A stretch of DNA of 64,000 nt from Neoechinorhynchus agilis (taxonomy: Eukaryota > Animalia > Acanthocephala), in contig CM121343.1 of NCBI GenBank assembly GCA_051530055.1, positions 3,318,389 to 3,382,388 on the forward strand, given 5' to 3'. The notes beneath the pieces were generated by a model, which made no database searches, was not told the origin of the DNA, and saw only the letters and a program-made list of their open reading frames with translations. Below are positions 59,486 through 64,000 of the stretch, in pieces (the stretch's first letter is position 1; every line of letters begins with the position of its first letter). The translations under genes and the position numbers were made by a program.

Positions 59486-61826
59486 CGTTTTTGGTGCGTT
59501 GTTACTACTTTTTTAGGTCACAACAAAAAATTGGCTAACAAAACAATGTATTGATTCTTGTTTTGTTTTTTCTTATTAAAAACGCTCCTGTCATGCGAAT
59601 ATGCTAAAGTTTTAGAGGCATTGTGAATAGAAAACGTCTATGGGACTTATTGGGCCAGAATAATTAAAGAATTTTTATTGAATGCGTCTTTTGCGTTTCA
59701 TGCTTTAACCTAAAAAATTAATTTTATGAAGAATCCAGAACCTGTTTAAATTTTGCAAACCTAAGGTGAAAGCACCTTAAAAAACACGGAACCGTTTTCA
59801 GGGGCATTTTTGTGCCCATTTACCGATTACACCTCGATCGCGTACTATTCGCTGGATGTATCACCGTTTTCGCAGTTCAATTTTAAAAAATCATTTGACA
59901 CATTACCTTTTAACAAAATCAATGCCGGTGGGACCCCTCTCATTTCTCAAGTACTCTATCGGGATGGAATTATTGGACGACGGATTTGGTAGTGCCATAC
60001 TACCGCAAACATAAAAGATCACTTTGATTTGGGACGTGACATATCGCACTATTCATCAATGCGCCTTAAATTCCAAAATATTGCTTTTTGGAAAGGCCTG
60101 TTCTTTTTCTCGCTTACCAAAGGCTTAAAATTTCAATCGCTCTTGCCTTCAAATTTACTGACTTTGTTTCCACAAACACAGTTCACTGTATACTACGCTT
60201 TGCTCTAAAGTATTGAACCGATCGGTGCGCTTTTGCGATCCATCAACAAATTTGGATTTTCGGTTGTCACCTTGTCTTCACTACAGAACATCAGGATCAA
60301 CGGAACAAAAACTGCGATTGCAGTGTGATGCCGAGCGTCCAGATTATGGCTATTCGTTGCCTTTACCATCCTAATATCCAAATTTATGGATTATTTACAA
60401 CCTTAAAACAACTGTTTCGCAGTGACAAACTTGCGAAACAATTGACTGAAGAAGTCCAACGAAAAGGCCGAAAATTTTCAATATAAATCTATTTCTGAAT
60501 CAAACATCGCTAATTGAAACTGAATTTGTAATTATGTCATCTTAAGATTTTTAAATAAGCAAATTAAAACTTGTATTTTAGTTGCTAAGATTTTTTCATA
60601 GGATTAAAAACGTAGATTCGATCAGTGGCAATCATAAAATATCTTCTTTTTTTTAATAAAATCATTTGGACACTTAATCACCGAATTCTTTTCTGACTTG
60701 TTCAAAATATTTCTTTTTGTTTTCTTCTAAAATATCCAACATTGGTTCCATGTACTCCTTGAATTCATTAGCCATCATTACTCCCACTCTTGTCTTACCA
60801 ACTGCAAATGCTGAGGCTGCTCTTGGTTTGTTGTCGATCAATGCTAATTCGCCAAAGTAGTCACCTTTTTTTATTTCGTTGACAATTCTCACTTGTCCCT
60901 TTGATTCAATCTCGATTCTCACTATTCCTTCTTCCACAAAATACATGCACTCTGCATTGTCGCCTTGTTTGATAATACATTGACCATCGTTATAAATCTC
61001 CTGCTTAACTGAATTCAGCAAGTACATTTTAGTGTTCATGTCAAGGCCGTTAAATAAAGGAATCGAAGTTATGGCATTTTCGTACAAAGTATCCCGTTCT
61101 TTAGCCGTTAGCACTACTTTTCTCCTAAACGTTCTTCGATCAATCATCCAAAGCATCCCATCGGTTACTGCCTTTACAGTTGCATTTCTAGGAGTATCGA
61201 AAATCAGAGCCAATTCTCCAAAACATCCAGTGTTTATAAATTCATGAACTGTCTCATCATTTGCAAACACTTGGAACTTCCCATCATCGATAATGTAAAA
61301 AGTATCACCTTGGTCGCCCTCTTTAATGACGATATCCCCCGCTTTTACACTTATCGACTCCATTGCATCAACAATTGCTTCCAACTGCTCGATTCTAAGT
61401 TTATCACAAAAAGGAAATGTCTCGAGTTTCGTTCGGATTCGTTCCCGTGCTTCTTCAGTCTTCTCAAAGATGCGATCAGTGCCCGTGGCATCTTCTTCTT
61501 CGATTGGAATCTCCGCGTACGCACGCCTTGTGTTCATCCCAGAAGGGGGGTCGTCCTCTAAATGTTCATTGCTTTCCCGGTTTGAGGTCACAGAAACAGC
61601 GTAATCCAACGCTGCGTTTTTAAGGTCAACTCCAGCGTCCACTTGATACCTCGCTATTAAGTATCGAGTTAAACCCTCAATGTAATCCGCAATGACGTTC
61701 GGAACGTTGTCATCCTGAGATGGGTTGCCGGAAGTCATTCTACCATTTTATTTTTGAACAAAAAGAGCTATCCTGGTTGCCATGGATATTTATGCGACCC
61801 CTCTTGTATCCATGCATTTCACAGAT
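59486..61826. repeat. Segmental duplication, copy 2 (of 19695-22034)
   Basis: Identity ends at AGAT 61826, followed by a (TTTA)n tract resembling a minus-strand LINE 3' tail. Confidence 0.97.
60674..61738 (-). CDS. PRKAR2: PKA regulatory subunit type II-like, copy 2 (protein identical to copy 1)
   Basis: Identical 354-aa translation; one visible synonymous change (Thr ACC/ACT). Confidence 0.93.
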   Translation of the reverse strand: MTSGNPSQDDNVPNVIADYIEGLTRYLIARYQVDAGVDLKNAALDYAVSVTSNRESNEHLEDDPPSGMNTRRAYAEIPIEEEDATGTDRIFEKTEEARERIRTKLETFPFCDKLRIEQLEAIVDAMESISVKAGDIVIKEGDQGDTFYIIDDGKFQVFANDETVHEFINTGCFGELALIFDTPRNATVKAVTDGMLWMIDRRTFRRKVVLTAKERDTLYENAITSIPLFNGLDMNTKMYLLNSVKQEIYNDGQCIIKQGDNAECMYFVEEGIVRIEIESKGQVRIVNEIKKGDYFGELALIDNKPRAASAFAVGKTRVGVMMANEFKEYMEPMLDILEENKKKYFEQVRKEFGD

Positions 61827-63639
61827 TTATTTATTTATTACAGCCACACATAATATAAACTCCCAATTGGTTCGGATCCTTCCATGTCCTTGTATTTTCT
61901 TTATTTTTAATTGGGAAGGGTGAAGTGCCTAGGTTTAGAGCCGATTGCACGCTCAAAAAATTAACAAAAAAGGAAGAGCGAGTATTTGCTATTATTTGCC
62001 TTAAATCTTCCTCCACTTTATGCTTTGTGTGATTTGCATAAATTTCTTCAATTGTTCATCATTTAATTGTTTTTTCTTCTTTGGACTTTATGAAGATCAT
62101 ATGTTTCCCGTTTATTGAAAGAGAAACTAAACGATCTACTATTAGCCATTAAAAATTTGGTAATTCTGAATTGAAGTGGCTAAAACTATACTTTGGATAA
62201 AAATGTTTTCTGAAAAGGAGATTAAAGGTTCCTATTTATTTAACAAAATTTCTTTAAAACGCTTTTGGTCCTTTCTTAAAACAATTAAAAAAATTGAGTC
62301 AAAACTCGGGCGATCTTCCTTTTAATTCTTAATAGATTGTCATTTTATCCTAATTTAAGAGATCAATAACTAATTGATCTTATTTTATAAAAGATGTTTT
62401 TTATGGACGTATTAATAAAAGGTCGATTGTTCTCGAAAAGAATATTTTATTGATCTCACTCATTAGTGTTTTTCTAGATGAGTAAGTTATTGTAAGAGGG
62501 ATGAGAATCGTTTTCTGTGGATTTATGGTTTCATCGATTTCATTGTAGACTTTAGAATATTCAGATATACCTTTGTATGTGTTCCATTAAAATGGGATTA
62601 TGTGTTTTGATTTGTTTATTTTCTTAAATATGCAAATCATGATTAACACGAAGAGCATTGGGGAGAGAGGTGAACCTTGAGGTACTCGGGACTTAGTATA
62701 GAAACAAATGCTGTCAAGATCAACTTCATATTAAAAAGAATTTTTTTAAGTGGCCGTTGCGAGTATAATTATGAAAGGATAGGAATTTTGGTATGTGTAC
62801 TAAATGGTTGTAAAAGAAGGGTTTAAAAGCCTTGAGATAGTTGGCGTAGTCTCCTATTCGTGTCCCAAAAGAGGAGGTTTCTTATTTGGGTATTAATAAA
62901 AAAAAGAGGTCTTGAGTGGGTTAATGTATATGTTTGTAATAAGAAACGTGGACCAAAAAAGGGAGAGAGCGAATAGAAGGACTTTTACGTCATGAACAAG
63001 CAGAAATTGTTCAATCTTCAAACATCGTTGGGATCTGCTGTTGTTTTGAGGAACCGATGCAAATAAAAAAAGTTAAAAGGCATCCAAATAGACGGTGACG
63101 AAATTGGTCAAAGTAAAGCCTCCTTTATTAATTTGTTATTTATGAACACTAAATGCTATTTGAAGAGACTAATATCCTCACTCGTATCCTGAATTCTTAG
63201 CAATTAATACCTTCTTTACTTTCACTTAACGGATAGACTGAATATTCTATCTCGTAACTGATTACTTTGTTCAATAATCCGATTAAATGTCTTTAGGAAC
63301 CGAATTAAGTATAAAATCGGGAACCCAAAACTACGAAACGCACCATTCATGGATGCTAGCACGTTCTTGCAGCCAATAGGATACTGAGCATTCGGATAGA
63401 TAAACCTGCGTTTCATTTTTCGATGCAAATAGGTAAGTGGGCGCGATCGAGGAAGGCGGGGCCGATTCCAAGGGTCGTCTCTATCCGTACTTTCCGATAG
63501 CCGTAAAGAATTTGCCGTATTTCCCTTTACCGGTGCGTCTTTTGATTTATATCGTCAATACAAATATTCGGTATCGCTCAACAGATGGCTTTGGCGGACA
63601 AAGGGATAATGAAACTAATCAGCTACTCACTCTACCGTT

Positions 63640-64000
63640 CTGCACACATAACCCTTCGAGGATTGTTGACCATAGTGCAGAATTCGGAGACACTCTAGAG
63701 ACGGGTCGGCATGTCCCGCGTAACGATATTCTACCTCCAACAAACGATGATATGGGTAATGTCAATGATGACCATTTTGGTCAATTCTCGGGTAGGTATC
63801 ATCGAGGAATCCAAAAGTGCAATTTCCATAATTTTATCTAGGATTTAACGTTCAAATGAACGATTCTTACATTATCAGCAATCAAATCCTAAGTGGCGGA
63901 AGCAATGTGCTAGACACCAACGGAGATGATGGCGTCCGGCACACTGGGGCGGATGGAAATGCGGATTTATTGGTAGAAGCGGATGATGCTTTGTCATTCG
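63640..64000 (+). CDS. Probable gene running off the window end, unknown product
   Basis: Open frame ...DDHFGQFSG joined by a GTAGGT..CTAG intron (about 63791-63841) to FNVQMNDSYIIS...ADDALSF, open to the end. Confidence 0.35.

Overview
AT-rich eukaryotic (animal) genomic DNA from a compact, fast-evolving genome. Most introns are short (about 30-65 nt, GT-AG), so the ORF track fragments most genes. The lineage cannot be fixed from the sequence alone. Recognisable genes: PC4/SUB1, a TRAF/MATH-domain gene, TOM70, CNOT9/RQCD1, a divergent retinoblastoma-family protein, two near-identical copies of a type II PKA regulatory subunit about 39.8 kb apart, a ZAD-like plus C2H2 zinc-finger locus, beta-arrestin, INPP5A, RPA2, choline/ethanolamine kinase, Gemin7 and a Ly6/uPAR (Quiver-like) protein. 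Several unidentified multi-exon genes are also likely. Between genes lie a 5'-truncated CRE-clade retrotransposon, decayed LINE relics, a tRNA-derived SINE-like family, an element carrying an 18-bp GGATCC minisatellite, five or more fold-back (hairpin) elements, four satellites (about 82, 108, 176 and 308 bp) and a polypyrimidine tract of about 340 nt. The most notable observations are four. (1) RPA2 carries a 49-nt self-complementary insert with no GT-AG solution that preserves the conserved OB-fold strand. (2) The recently duplicated PKA-RII lacks the RRxS inhibitor site. (3) Small hairpin or motif elements show filled-versus-empty sites and flanking direct repeats of variable length. (4) Several signalling proteins are remodelled (arrestin finger loop, RB spacer and LxCxE cleft, INPP5A tail). 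All homology calls are by eye from remembered family motifs; no searches were run.
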